64,000 nucleotides of DNA, from the NCBI GenBank assembly GCA_030324005.1, contig JARDVH010000084.1, positions 84,647,812-84,711,811 of the forward strand, written 5' to 3'. The DNA is from Negaprion brevirostris. Lineage: Eukaryota. Position numbers and translations under genes: made by a program. Shown in pieces: positions 27,657 to 57,108 of the stretch. Each line of letters opens with the position of its first letter. Within the stretch, counting starts at the first letter, position 1. The notes beneath the pieces were generated by a model, which was not told the DNA's origin, did not search any database, and saw nothing but the letters and a program-made list of their open reading frames with translations.

Positions 27657-29099
27657 CTTTATCTGACACCTTCTTGGCCCCTATATTCATTTGCAGNNNN
27701 NNNNNNTCACTACATAATTTATCTGGTTCTATACCAATAGTTTTGCATACAATCAGGGACTAAGTGCAATGTAAGGGCCAGTACACTATTAGAAACAGCC
27801 TGTCAATCCACATATATTACTTTCATTTTGATTTTGAAAGTCAGGCCAAAAATCTTCCACACAGAGAGCGTGTTAATAGGAGTGACAGAAATTTTAAGAG
27901 TGGGAATGCACTGATTTGTAAGGATTACTAGAGTGATTCATTTTGTTTCCTAGACTTCACTGAAGCCAGTGATAGTTAACCATCTAAAAGAGGGTCTCTG
28001 ACTATATGTTAAATTATTGAAGCTGGCAGATCAGTTAAACGCACAGATCTGAGAATCTGCTAAGCAGAATGATGTAAGAACATGGTTAGGTGCTGGAAAG
28101 AACAATAACCTAAAAAGGTAAAAATTCATAAATTCTAATTTTCCCCACATGGAAGATATCTGAAATGTAATAAAACCAAGTACACGTGATTAATAGTTCA
28201 CTAGATTAAGTAGGTAAATCCAAGTAAAATGTTGGGACAGTGGGGACCAGTTATTTGCAATTCTTGTACCATGTGAAAACTAACAGATCATTCGTGCAGG
28301 AAGCGTCACCAGTTCCTCAAAGACAAGCACAAAAGATTGAGGAGCAGCTGGAATCACAGAAAGGCAGGAAACGGAATTTCCTGAATAACATTTCTGTGCA
28401 GGCTGATTAAAACCTCTCTTGCGGCAATAGTTAATTTAGCTTGGGTAGGCAACAGAATTAAAGATTGAAAAGGTGGGAACATGATGAACCGAGAGCTGGG
28501 AGCAGAAAGAGCATTAAAGAATAATCGAAAAAGGGATAAGACAACAGAAAATATATAAAACAATCTAGTATGGCTTTGGAGCGTATGAGAATGCAATATA
28601 GTAAATAGGGCTGGAGAGATGGAGAGTCATTACATGGGATGAAGATCCTGTCTCGAGTAGATTAAATTTCTGGTCATGCTCCTGGCTCTACTTTGTTCAG
28701 GAAAGGAAAAAAGTAGGCAGACCTTGGTAGCATTGATTACATTAACTGAGCATAAAGAAGGAAATGCTGAGAGGAACAAAGAATTTAAACTTACCAAGAG
28801 GTGAACAAGTAGCTGGTGAAACAATGTTTCTCCCCTCGTTCTAGACCCTCCCAGCAAGGATAGTCTTAGAATGAGAGACAAACCATTTGAAGATGGAGCC
28901 ACTCAGGATGGTGAATCTTTAGCTTTTTGAACCCCCGATGACAGTGGAGGCTTAGTCAGAAATCAATGGTTTCTAGATACTAATAAAGGGAAATGGGGAT
29001 GAGGGAAAATTGTATTCAGGTAGACAAATCAGCCATGATTTAGTTGAATGGTACAGCAAATTTGATGGGCCAAATGGCCCAGTCTGATGTTGAGAAGAC

Positions 29100-32000
29100 A
29101 ATGGGGGAGTAAGACCAGGCTGGATGGCCTCTAGTTTAATGCTAAGAGAATTGCAGGTAACATGGATGAGTTGAGGGCAATGATTGATGCAATGTGATGT
29201 AGTAGCCATCACAGAGACATGGTTGAAGGAAGGACACAATTGGCAATTGAACATTCTGGGATATAGAATCTTCAGGCAAGACAGGGAGGTGGTAAGAAGA
29301 GGAAGAGGCATTATTAGTTAATGAGTCAGTTACTGCAGTAGGAGAGATGATATATTGGACAGGACATCAAATGAACTTGTGGGTAGAAGCTTAGGAATAA
29401 AAAAAAGAAAGCCATATGGTTAAGTGCTTATTGTAGACCCTCAGCGGGATGAGGAACAAGTGTGCTTAGTTTGTGGAGGTGTATAAAAATAATAAAATCA
29501 TAGAATCCTTTAGTGCAGGGGCCGGCCATTTGGCCCATCGATACTGCATCGAACACAGTTCCACCCCAAACCTTGCTTCTACAACCACACCCATTTACCC
29601 CACTAATCCCTCTAACCTACACATCCTGGGACATTAAGGGGGCAATTTAGCATGGCTAATCAACCTAACTTGCGCATCTTTGGACTGTGGGAGGAAACTG
29701 GAACACCCACAGGAAACCCACACAGACACAAGGAGAACTGCTGGGGACAAATTCCACACAGAATGACTTAAGCCAGGAATCAAACCCAAGTCCCTGGAGC
29801 TGAGGTAACAGTACTAACCACTGTGCCACAAGGGATTTCAACTTTCCCAACATCAACTAGAATATACATATAGTGTTAAGGGCTTGAATGGAGTAAATTT
29901 CTTGAAAATGTACAGAATTTTTAAAAATCAATATGTGGAGGGTCCAACAAGGGAGGGAGCTGTGCTGGACCTGATGCTGGAGAATGAACCTGGACAAGTA
30001 GTTGAGATGGTGATGGGAGAGCATTTTAGTGATAAATTGTACAATATTGTGATAGTTAAGGTATGGACAAAAGAAATCAACAAGTTGCAAAAGAATGGAG
30101 GGGGAGTGAATTTTAATAAGACAGGATCTGGCCATGGTAGACTTGGGAGCAGCTACCAATAGGAAAATCTAGTGCAATGCGGGTATTCAAGAAGGAAATG
30201 GGGAGGATGCAAACCTAGCATGTTTTCTCCAAAGTATTAGTGAGGAATAACAATTGTTATTCAATCACAGAGAACCACAGATGGTCAGTGATATTCAGGG
30301 TACAAAAGGAGGAAAATCTTTAAAAAGTACAAGGGGAGCAAATCAGTGAAGGCATTCGTGAGGTATAGCAAGTGCAGGGTGGAGCTTAATAATTAGGAAT
30401 GAAAAGACAGGAACATGAGAAAGCTCTGGCTGATAAAAGGTAGGGAAAATCCCAAAATATTCTTCAAGTATATCAATGAGAAGAGGACAACCAGGGAAAG
30501 AGCATGGACATGGGGGCAATCTGTGAGCAGACCCAGAGAACATTGATAGTGTTGAATGAATACTTCACATCTGTCTTCTTTCAAGAGCATGAAGACGATG
30601 ATATGAAATTCAGGGCAGAGAGGCTGTGGGGTTTTTGAGCAAATTGATGGAGGGAAGTAGTATTGGAGGTGTTGGCAGCCTTACAAGTGGATAAATCTCC
30701 AGGTCCAGATGAATTGTTTCCCAGGCTGCTGGAGGCAAGGTAAGAAATTGCAGAGGCACAGGACCAAATTTCTGTTCCTCTCTGGCTATGGGAAAGTGTT
30801 AAGACAACTGGATAACATGATTTTGCTATTTAAGAATAATTGTAAAGATAAACAATGGAAGAAAAACTATTAGAAATTTCTGAAGGAGAACATCTGTCTC
30901 CACTTGGCAAGGCAAAGCTTGATCAAGGATATTCAGCATGGTTTCATTAGAGAGAGGTTATGCCTAACATACTTGATTGAATTTTTAAGTCTGTAGACAA
31001 GGGTAGTACAGTCGATGTAGCTTAAATAGCTTTCAGCAAAGCCTTTGACAAGATTCCACGTGGAACACTTGTAAAGGTGGTTAAAAAATTCAAGTTATCC
31101 TGTATCTCTTATGAAGGGAATTCAAAATAGGCTCAGTTGTAGGAGACAGATGATAGAAAGGCTGCTTTCGTGACTGAGTATCAGTGTCCAGTGGCATACC
31201 ACAGGGATCTGTGTTGGGCCCCCTATTCGTCATTTGTATAAATGACATTGATGAGAATGTGGGGGTAGGATTAGTAAGTTTGCCGATGACAAAGATTGAA
31301 TGGGTGGTTAACAGCAAGATGGAGTGTCTGAGCTGCAAGATATAGACAGAATGGTCAAGTGGGCAGGTAAGTGGCAGATGGAATTTAACCCAGAAAAGAG
31401 GGGTGATACACTTTGAATACTTTGTCAAATTACTCAATGAATGGTAGGACACTAGGAAGCTCTGTGGAACAAAGGGACCACAGCATGTTTGTCCACAGAT
31501 CTCAAAGCTGAAATGCATGTTAGTAGGGTGCTGAAAAAGGCATATGGGATACTTGCCTTTATCAAACAAGGCACAGATTACAAAAGCAGGGAAGTCATGT
31601 TAGGGTTGTACAGAACTTTGATGAGGCCACAGCTAGAGTAGTGCATGCAGTTCTGGTTGTCATATTCATCGGAATGATAATTGCACTGGAGGGGATTTAC
31701 CAGGATGCAGCCTGGAATGGAACATTTAAGTTATGAAAAAGAGATTGGGCTTGGGTTTTCATTGGAGTAGAGAAGACTGAGGGGTAATCTGGCCAAGGGT
31801 GTGCAAGATTATGAAAGACATGGACAGAGTGAATAAGGAGCAACTATTCCCCTTAGTTGAAGGGTCAGTCACAAGAGGACATAGGTTCAAGGTTTAGGGT
31901 AGGAGATTTAAGGTGGGTTGTGAGGAGAAGTTTTACCAAGGTGGTGGTGACTGTCTGGGATATCCTGCCTGGGAGAATGGTGGAGGCAGGTTGCTTCACA

Positions 32001-32165
32001 TCCTTTAAAAAAGTATCTGGATGAGCACTTGGCACATTATAGCATTCAAGGCTATGGGCCCCAAGTGCTGGCAGATGGGATTAGGTGAGCATTCAAGCGT
32101 TTCCAGTGTGTGGTGCGAACCCACTGGGCTGATGAGCCTCTTCTACGCTGTGTGATTCCGTGATT
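29100..32165 (+). mobile_element. Near full-length but disabled CR1 ORF2 (APE + RT + 3' tail), interrupted by a SINE at ~29500-29830
   Basis: DVVAITETWL, YVEGPTREGAVLDL, KSPGPDE, FSKAFDKIPRG, GIPQGSVLGPL and SKFADD motifs in order, with frameshifts. Confidence 0.88.
29498..29830 (-). mobile_element. HE1-like SINE nested in CR1
   Basis: Complete reverse SINE from the catagaatcc tail to the ctaaccactgtgccac head. Confidence 0.85.
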
Positions 32166-33959
32166 TAAATTCTAATATAGACAGGATAGTGTCAGAGGAA
32201 ATGCAAAGATGAATACATTCTACATTCCTGCACTATCTACATGCACCTACTTCTCACTATCTTTTGTCTAGATTCATCCATTCTTGCAACCTCAACTACT
32301 CTTAATGATAAGTTCTGCATTCTATCCACTGCCTGGATAAACCAGTGGAGAAATGTCTTCAATCAGTGCTAACACAGTCAACCAGGCAGAAAATGTGTTG
32401 GATTTAGTTGTAGGGAATGAATGAGGCAAGTATTTTAGTGAGGGATTATCACAAGTGCCAGGTAATGTCCATATCCAACAAGAAAAATTGCAACCATCTC
32501 CCCGTGATATTAAACTGCATTATCACTGCTCCCAATCTACCCAATTCCAATCTACCTAGGACAAGAGATGCAATGGGAACACCAGCATTTTCTCCCCTTC
32601 ATATCAGTCACCATCCTGACTTGCAACACCATTCCTTCAATGTCACTAAATCAAAATCCTGGATTTCCTCCCCAACAGTAACACTTGAACTGCAGCACGT
32701 GAAGAAAGCAGCTCACCATCACTTTTAAGGGCAATTAGAGATAAAACAATAAATGCTGGCCTAGCCAGTGTTGTCCACATCCCACAAATTAATAAAAGCC
32801 AGCAATACTCACATCCCAGGAATGAACATAAAAATATGGACAGCAATATTAGATTTTGAATGATTCTGAAGGAAAAGGCACCATCAAGTGTAAAATACTT
32901 AGCTGGAGGACCAATTTCAGCCAGGTCTGGCCAGGTGTTAGGAATCAAAAAATTGGTAGGCAAAACCATAATTGAATGATGGAAGACTTGGAGGAAATTC
33001 AAAGCTCAAGTCCCAAAATACATTTAACAAGGAGGTCTTTATGACAAATATAATCAGAACCAAGTCAGTATAGAAAGATCCAAGAAAGAAACTAAGATGC
33101 TAAAACTTTGAGAATTAGCAGTGAGCATACAAAACAAAAAGTCCTTTTGATAAATATTAGTCAAAGAGTTGCAGTACTTTGTATTTGCACTGAAGAGAAT
33201 AATGCAAAGCAGAAGACAACAATATCGGACAGGGTGAGAACAGGTCCTGATCGGCAGACCTGAAAGGCCATCTGTTCTGATCCACCCTGTGTCAAAGATT
33301 CAAATTGCAATGTCTCAGATCAGTCTTATTATCTTCTTTAGATACAAAGATACTGCCAGGGACTAAGAATGCAAATGTTATACATGTTAAAGGAATAAAT
33401 CAAACAACTATAGGCCAGCCAGCTAGCCTCATGTCAATAGTGAGACAACAATCATAGAACAAAATGTTTGGCATTCTGGAAATGTATGGGCTAATAAATG
33501 AAACCTAGCATGGATTTGCTGATCCTTCACAAGTGATTGACAGAGAAAGGGGTTGGTTGGGGGGCAGGGGAAGGGGAGAAAATGCAGATGTTGAAAGAAC
33601 AGGATGTATTGGTAACTCGAGTTGGCACAGACCCTTCAACCAAATTATTTCCTCTGCTGTACGATTCAGTGTGTATTAGTTACTTTTAATCATGATGACT
33701 GAAGTCAAACATTATGAAAGCTACTAAATATTGTGCATGTAAATAATTAAGTATGCAGAGTTGGCTTCCTGGAGAAAATCTGCATATTGACAGTGGTCTA
33801 TTTTGAACACTATAAATCTTCCTGATCTTAAACATATTTTTGTTTGGTGTCTAGAACTTCCCATATTGTGATATGAACTCAAAAGGACAAACACATTATC
33901 TTTCAGTTTCCCACCCAAGTACATATATGGTTCTGAACTCTATTCTTACAAAGATCTAA

Positions 33960-35438
33960 TCCCAATAAATCAATTTTATCAACAGACAGTTTTAAAGAAC
34001 ATTTTTACTGTACAGGTTTGAGAACTGAAGGTTTAACAAATACACATTGTCACATACAAGTTGTTAACTGCTACGAGATCAATTCTACAAATAACAAAAA
34101 AACGGAGGAACGGACTGTAGAAAAAAACTTTACAGATTAAGATAAAAAATANNNNNNNNNNNNNNNNNNNNNNNNNNNNNNNNNNNNNNGCATCTTTGTA
34201 TATACAATACTTGTTAAAATCTCACTCTACACTCTCTTGTGACCTGCATCAACAGGCACATTGGTTCAGTCTTTACAATATAAAACATAATTATTTTGTA
34301 ACAAAATAAATAAAACCAGGTAACTGGATGAAAGAAAGATTAAATTCAGCTGTCAGCTTTTCCTGTAACCTCTGCAGAAATGAAGACTACAACTAAACTG
34401 TACACGTTAAAAACAATCCGTCGCTCCAAGCCAAGTCGTGCAACTGAACAAGACAGAGCACCAATTAGAAGATAATCAGCAAGACTATCCAATCAGCCTA
34501 GTCCAAACCAAAAGAGGGGAAAATAAGGTAGGCACATCAAGCAACTGCTTACAGACTGTGCACTAACCAACACTACCATGGTTACAGCATTACTGCTCTG
34601 CATTCAAGTATCGGATGTACTGGTAAAATAAAGCATTGAGCAGAACTTAGCGTATCTGCTCCTGTTCAGCCAGACTTTTCAAAATGCTTCTCGAATTGCC
34701 ATGCTAACTAGGAGCCAGTAGCCTCTGGACAGTGGCTGAACACACGTCAAGATGGTGCACAAGTATTGTGCTCCATCTTAAAGATATAATGAACTAAAAT
34801 ATGTATGAAAAACAATACTTTCACTGAACATTGCTATATAACATGGGTTTCAGAGTGACAGTTCAGAGACCAACAGCTTTAAAATGCTTTCAAACTGGAA
34901 AAATCTTCCAAAACAAAAATAAAACTGCTTACTGTGACACTACACATGGGTTCAAAGCTGCTCACCCCTCTACAAATATCACATTGGATCCTGCACATGA
35001 TTTATGCAACAAAGAGGAGGGTTCTGGGTTTAGAGGCTGCAGTCTTTCTTCTGTTCTGACCTCGAGTTGCCTTCCACCATTGAGAGCAAGAAGGAACCAA
35101 TCCTCAGCCTCGAATACCCCTTGGCCCCTGTTTGGCCTTGCACACGGCACACGTTTTTGGGACAGACAAGTTAAGAGATCTAGCTGATATGTAAGGGAGT
35201 GGTACAATCCTCTACCATGTCTGTCCTTGCGATGCATCGCTTGTGTAGTTTTTTTTATATAAAAAACCAAATCACATCAAACCATGTACACTGCAGTCAG
35301 TAGTGGCGGGCAAGTGGGGACAGGCCATCTCCCAAAAGTCTGGTTCATACTTCGTCCGACCCTGCAGATTAGTTCGAACCAATCCTACACCAATTCCCCC
35401 CTTCCCCTGCCAGAAACCTGCCAATGCATTTGCCAATT
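33960..35438 (-). other. BRD2: Probable BRD2 3' UTR (~1.45 kb)
   Basis: Repeat-free and U-rich on the minus strand, with several UGUA motifs near 34.0-34.4 kb. Only variant polyA hexamers are present (AGTAAA ~34004-34009, GATAAA ~33975-33980), so the end is uncertain. Confidence 0.55.
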
Positions 35439-50914
<15,476 letters not shown>

Positions 50915-52289
50915 CAGATGCCGCCTGATTGCGCGTCCACTCGGTTCTCTCCCCCACGTCTCTCCCTCTCCGGTTTCGGCAAAAGCAAATGGCGCCGCGA
51001 CGCTCCAGCCCGCCCTTTTATACCGCCCAGTGCCCGGCCGCCGCTGCTGATTGGCCGGTACCGCAGGGCGACCCGCCTGCCCGTCACACGCCGCCGACCG
51101 CCATTGGCCGAGGAGCGACACGTGAGCGCGGGCCCCGCGGCCGGGCGCGCCACGATTGGCCGCGACGGACGAGTCACGCGGCCAGGCCGGTGGCCGCCGT
51201 CAGCCGAGAGGGAGAGAAAGGACAAGTCAGCCATTACACAACAGGGAGGGGACACACAAACATATTTGGGGGGAAGAGGGGGGCAGGGATACTGAAGCCG
51301 GAGCCGAAACCCCTACCTTTCCACATTCAAACACTGGAGAGGAGGGAAAGAGGAAACAAAACACTCAGCCCACCAAGAGGAGGATTTCACTCCTCGAAAG
51401 GATTAACATAACGACCCCTCCCCCAGTCGTTGTCCTTTACCCAGTAAAAACCGGGGTGGGGGGAACCAACAATAGATAAGTCCCCCGAGCCCCTCTCTAC
51501 CACATCAACAAGAGTGTGGAGTAGCGCCGGCTGTTGCAGAATAAGCCAGCAATCAGGCAATGCAACAGGCAGTGCCAGCTGGGACCAGGCCTCAGGCTGC
51601 AAAACACAAGCCCACCGCCATCTTTGGTAACATTACACAGCAAAAAAAATTACACAACCCCACCGCGCACACAACAGGACTGCCAGTGGGCAAAGAGAGA
51701 GGGGCGGAGGAAGGGAATATGTGGCGAACAGCTCTAAGCAGCCAACTCATCCTGTTACTCCCCTCCAAAGGAGAAAAGGGACATTGTGTCGGGGGGAGGG
51801 ATAAGAAGATAATCACCAAACCTCCACCTCCAAACAACCTGAAAGCCAACAACGCAAACCCAACCAGTCAGAAAAACAAGGTCCCAGATCATGAAGGCAC
51901 CTTTCCAACTGCTCTTGGCTAACTTGAAATTAGGTCAAGAAATATTTTGAAAACAAAAGGTTGATTGATTTAATTAGTTTATACTTTCCTTTGCCCCCAT
52001 CCCCTCTCCCCAAGTTGCATCAGCCAACTCCCTGAAAGCCTGACGGATTTACTTAAAATCCACAAAATTGCGGCTTAAGTTTTCAAACACTGAAATTTTG
52101 TTCCTTTTTCATTTTTTTCAAAAATAATCGACCCCCCTCCCCCACACAATTTACTGCCAATAAGTAATATTGCGGAAGAAGCGGCCCGGGGTATTTTTAA
52201 AGGGTAGATGGTTTTTGGTGGAATTTGTTTTGCACCGTTAAATTCGGTTAAGCTGTCAGGAATTTGGAACTGGGTTTGAAATCTTCCTC

Positions 52290-52830
52290 TAGCTTCCATT
52301 TCCTAACGGCTGCTGCTTCGCCAGCTCGACGGCTAATTGGCTGCGGCCGGTCACATGACCCCGCAGCCTCCCCTCGCCGACAACTCAGCCTGAAATTGAG
52401 CCCATTTCTCACCTTTCGCCCTACGGCCGAGCTCCCAGCGCTTAGGCCGCATCCTCTTCCGTCCCCTGCGTCGAGCCCTGCTCCGGGAGGCCGCTTTTAA
52501 CCGCCTTTTGTCCTCCATTTTCCACAAAATGTTAACAAAGAAAATCTCCGGCTACGTCAGCGATCGCCCCGCAGGCGCCCGCCCATTGGCCGCCTCCGGT
52601 CACGTGACGCGCCGCCGGCTTTAAAACTCTTTTTCTTCCTCCTCGGCTGCCGCTTTTCAGCCTGCTGTCCGCGAAATGCAGCATTGGCGCCGCGATGCAT
52701 CGACTTCCGTGAGTATCAAGTCTGCAGCAGCGCCCTTTGCACGTTCTTTAACCCTCTCGGGTGTCTTGACTGTGATGGCGGCTTCGGGTTAAGGTCGGCG
52801 TGGTCCCGCTGAAGGAGAAACTGCGCATGN
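52290..52830. promoter_or_regulatory. Second, distal CpG island; possible upstream or bidirectional promoter
   Basis: High CpG density; ATTGG at ~52317 and ~52585; GTCACGTGAC at 52599-52608 and GTCACATGAC at 52330-52339 (USF/MiT-type E-boxes); TACGTCA CRE-like at ~52553. Confidence 0.65.
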
Positions 52831-53679
52831 NNNNNNNNNGAGGGGGATGGGAAGCGGGCTGCCAACGCACATGCGCACTTCCTCTCTTTCCCCAGCCCTT
52901 ACTCTTCCACCTTTGTCTCTGCAAGGCAAAGCTTGGGGCTGGGATTCACTTCCATCCCCCACCCTGTAAAACCAGTAACAAGGCACAGACCAGATTTATT
53001 GCAGTTATATGTATTTTTTTTCCTAAGAATGCACACAGCAGATAAGGCACCCCTCTCACATCACTAGAGCTGTTGTCCAAAAATGTCTAACAAAAGGCAA
53101 CAAAGGTTTAGCAATTCAACAGACTGGGTGGTGTATTTAACATCCAAGATGTGCTAAGGAAATGCTGCATTCTAACTAAAACATGAGCATAAAATCTAGG
53201 ATTGGATTAGCCAGTGCTAAGAAAACAAAATTAAAAGCAATCCACAATTTCATGAGCAAAAGCAATGCAGAACAAAACGGTTCTATAGCTTTATAATCTA
53301 CAAGTCAAGTGGATTCTGAACTTGGTCCAATTCTTTCAAACATCCCACCATTGATCTCCCAAGTTAGCACGGGGGTACATCCAACATTTGGTGACTCATG
53401 TTACAACNNNNNNNNNNATTGCTATTGTTCATTGTCCAGCAGTGGTTTTGAAATGAACGATGGTCTAAAGCAGATATCCTAGATCACAATGATAGGAGCA
53501 AGAACAGACTATTTGGCTTCCACTTTCCTGCCTGTACCCCATCACCCTTGACTCCCAAATCAATCCAGCATTTTTTTTCAACATGTTGGAGATATATGCT
53601 GGTCAAGCAGTGGATGCTTATGCTCTGATTACGCAAATTTGTTAGCTCCTTGAACACACAAGTTTTAAACAGAAGAAAA

Positions 53680-54020
53680 CACATCTGATTTATTATTGTT
53701 GCATGTATGGGTGTACAGTGAAAAGTATTGTTCCTTGGGTGCCATACAGACAAAGCATACCATTCATAGAGAAGGAAAGGCAAGGTAGTTTTACAGTCAT
53801 AGCTAGGGTGTAGAGAAAGATCAATTTAATTTAAGGTATGTCCATTCAAAAGTCTGTTGGCAGCAGTGAAGAAGCTGTTCTTGAGTTGGTTGGTACGTAA
53901 CCTCAGACTTCTGTACCTTTTTCCTGGCAGAAGAACATGGAAGAGAATATGTCCAGAGTGTGTGGGGACCTGGTTATGCTGGCAGCTTTTCCAAAGCAGC
54001 AGGAAGTGTAGACAGACACT
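53680..54020 (-). mobile_element. Rex1/Babar-like LINE 3' end
   Basis: LLPGKRYRSLRLRTNQLKNSFFTAANRLLN. Confidence 0.75.
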
Positions 54021-54229
54021 TCCCAACAAAGGATAAGGCAAGACCATAATCAACAAAAAAACCCAAAACAGATCTTCATAAAGATGCTGATTTGATAATT
54101 CATTCCCTAATCTCCATTTTACTCGTAATAGGTCCCAGAGTTGCAGTGAACATATTCTCAAGACGTTAAGGAGCTACTCAGTAAATTACTGTCAATGTAA
54201 CACATACCAGTGAGTATCTCAAAGAAGCT

Positions 54230-54716
54230 GTATAAGGTGGCCATTCAGCCCATTGAGTCTGCACTGACTCTCAGAGCATGTTAACCAGGCCCTATCCCCA
54301 TAACCCCATGTATTTAGCCTATAATCCCCCAACCTTTTCACTGCAGTGACTTCATTGCAGTGGTAATGTAAGCCTACTTATGTCAAGAATAAAAAAAACG
54401 TCAAGCTGAATTATATATCATTNNNNNNNNNNNNNNNNNNNNNNNNNNNNNNNNNNNNNNNNNNNNNNNNNNNNNNNNNNNNNNNNNNNNNNNNNNNNNN
54501 NNNNNNNNNNNNNNNNNNNNNNACACAAAGGGAAAATTTAGCGTGGCTAGTTGACCTAACCTGCGCAGCTTTGGTCTGGAGCAGCCAGAGGAAACCTATG
54601 TAGGCACTGGGAAAACATGCAAGCTCCACACAGACAGTCACCCAAGGCCGAATTTGAACCTGGGTCCCTAGTGCTGTGAGACAGCAGTGCTAACCACTGC
54701 ACCACCATGCCGTCCC
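54230..54716 (-). mobile_element. HE1-like SINE fragments at the satellite border
   Basis: SINE tail at 54235-54330; head at 54540-54716 (ctaaccactgcaccaccatgccgtccc). Confidence 0.8.
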
Positions 54717-56559
54717 TATCTAGCCAATAAATTACAGTAAAGCTAGCATACCACTGAAGATTCGGTCACAAATGCAGACAAATAAGCACCTAGTCATTAG
54801 AGCAATTGTGAAGCATGAGTGAGCAGCCAGACAATAAACTATGTTAAATTTGACACATAAACAACTTAAATTCTATTGCTGAACTTGCTTAATTTGACAT
54901 ATGCCAGTGAAAACACAATTTCCCAATTGGAGCAAAGTAACAAGTGAAGGTCCAGTCACTAAACTACAGCAAATATAACCTGCACCAAAGAAGATATAGT
55001 CAATAAACTGCTAGATCACAGGCACTAGTGAGGAGCGGACCAAAACAAATAGCACAGAAGAAAGTCCCCCATGAGGCTATAGTCAATACACAAAATAAAT
55101 ATAAATAAATATAAGGCATAGAGATTGGTTTCAAATATATGAATCACTGTAAGTGGATCAATTCAATAAACACAAAATTAAATACAACAAACCAGTGAGG
55201 ATCTAGTCACTAAACAACAGTAAATTTATGACTCGTTAGGATTCAGTCTCTAAAATACTGTAAATATGACATAAAGCAGTGAGGATCCTGTCAGTAAATT
55301 ACACAAAATGAAACACACATTAGTGAAGATCTGATCTCTCAATTATAGTAAATATAACACTCACTGGCAAGGAACCAGTCACAGAACTACAATAAATCTA
55401 ACACGAGCCATTTATGCTGCAAGAAATATAGCACACACCAGTGAGGATCTAGTCACTAAATTACAGCAAGTAAAATGTTTAACAGTGAGGATCCAGTCAC
55501 TAATGCACATTAAATATAATACACATCAATGAGGATCCAGTCTCAGCTACATTAAATATAACACACAGCATTGAGGATGCAATCACTGAATTACAAACAA
55601 TATACAGCCACCTTTGAGAATCCAATCTCTATGCAACAGCAATATAACACACACCAGTGAAGATCCAGTGTCTAGGTGCAGTAAAAATAACAGAAACCAG
55701 ACAGAATCCGATTTCTAACCTAAAGCACATGCCACAAAAAACAGTGAGGACCAATCTATAAATTAGAAGAAATATAACACAAACCAAAGATGATCCAGTC
55801 ACTAAACTACATTAAATATAACCCACACCAGTGAGGTCTCGTCTCTAGACAACAGTAAATATAACCTATACCGGCGAACATCCAGTCTCTAAACTGCAGT
55901 AAATATAACCCACACCACTGAGGATCCAGTCTAAATTAAATTAAATATAACACACAGCAATGATGGTCCAGCCCCGAAATCACAGTAAATGTAACACATG
56001 CCAGTAAGGATTCTGCCTTTAAAAAACAGTAAATATTACATCGGTGAGGTTCCAGTCTGGAAACTATAGTAAGTACAATACGAACGATTGATGATCCCGT
56101 CATTAAATTACATTAAATCTAATCCATATCAGTGAGGACCCAACCTCTAAAAAACAGTAAACGTTATATCTGTTAGAATCCAGCTATAAAACACAAATAA
56201 AGTATAACACATACATGAGATGATCTAATCCAGAAACTACAATAAATATAACACACAACAGAGATGATCTAGTCATGAAACTACAGCAAATATAATGTAT
56301 ACCAATTAGGATCCATTCACAAAGATACAGTGAGAATCCTGCCTCTAAATCTCAATAAATATTAAGTAAACCAGTGAGGACCCAGTCTAATTCATAATAG
56401 CACAGATTTGAGGAACAAGTAATGAAACTTCAGTTAAATATAACGCCACATCAATGATGATCCGGTCTTTAGATTACAGTAAATATAACACACACCAGTG
56501 AAGATCTACAGTAAATATAGTGCAAATGAGTGTGATCCAGTCACAAAATCCTCATGGTT

Positions 56560-57108
56560 GCATCCTCATGGTTGAGCATTATAGTTGCTGTAATTTAGTG
56601 ACTGGATCCTCACTGGTTTGGGTTATCTTTACAATAATTTAGAGACTGAAGTCTCACTGTTATGTGTTGTATTTACTGTAGTTTAATGACTGCATTCTCA
56701 CTGGTGTGGCTTATATTTATTGTAATTTCGTGAAGTGAATGATGCTGTCGGAGAGTCGGTGGAGGCTCAATGGCCTCCTTCTCCACGGTAGGGATTCTAT
56801 TCTATGATTTAATGTAATTCAGTCATTGTATTCTCACTCTGTGGCATGATAGGTTACAGTAGCTCAGTGATTAGATCCTCACTGGTGTATGTTATATTTA
56901 CTGTGGTTAGAGACAAGATCCTCACTAGTTTGTGTTATATTTATTATAGGTTAGAGACTGAATCCTCACTGATGTGGTGTTATATTATGTCTTGCTTAGA
57001 GATTAGATCCTCACTGGTGTGTGTAGTTTAGAGGCCAAATCCTCACTGGTTTATTTTGTACTTACTGTAACTTAGAAACTGAATCCTCACTAGTTTGTGT
57101 TATATTAG
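56560..57108 (-). repeat. Inverted block of the 44-bp satellite
   Basis: Units read GGATCCTCACTGGTGTGTGTTATATTTACTG, the reverse complement of the flanking array. Confidence 0.9.

Noticed and set aside
1-33900. Beta-2-microglobulin or other MHC gene exons near BRD2
   Set aside because: Looked for because of the reported shark linkage, but no Ig-C1-like exon was recognisable by eye.
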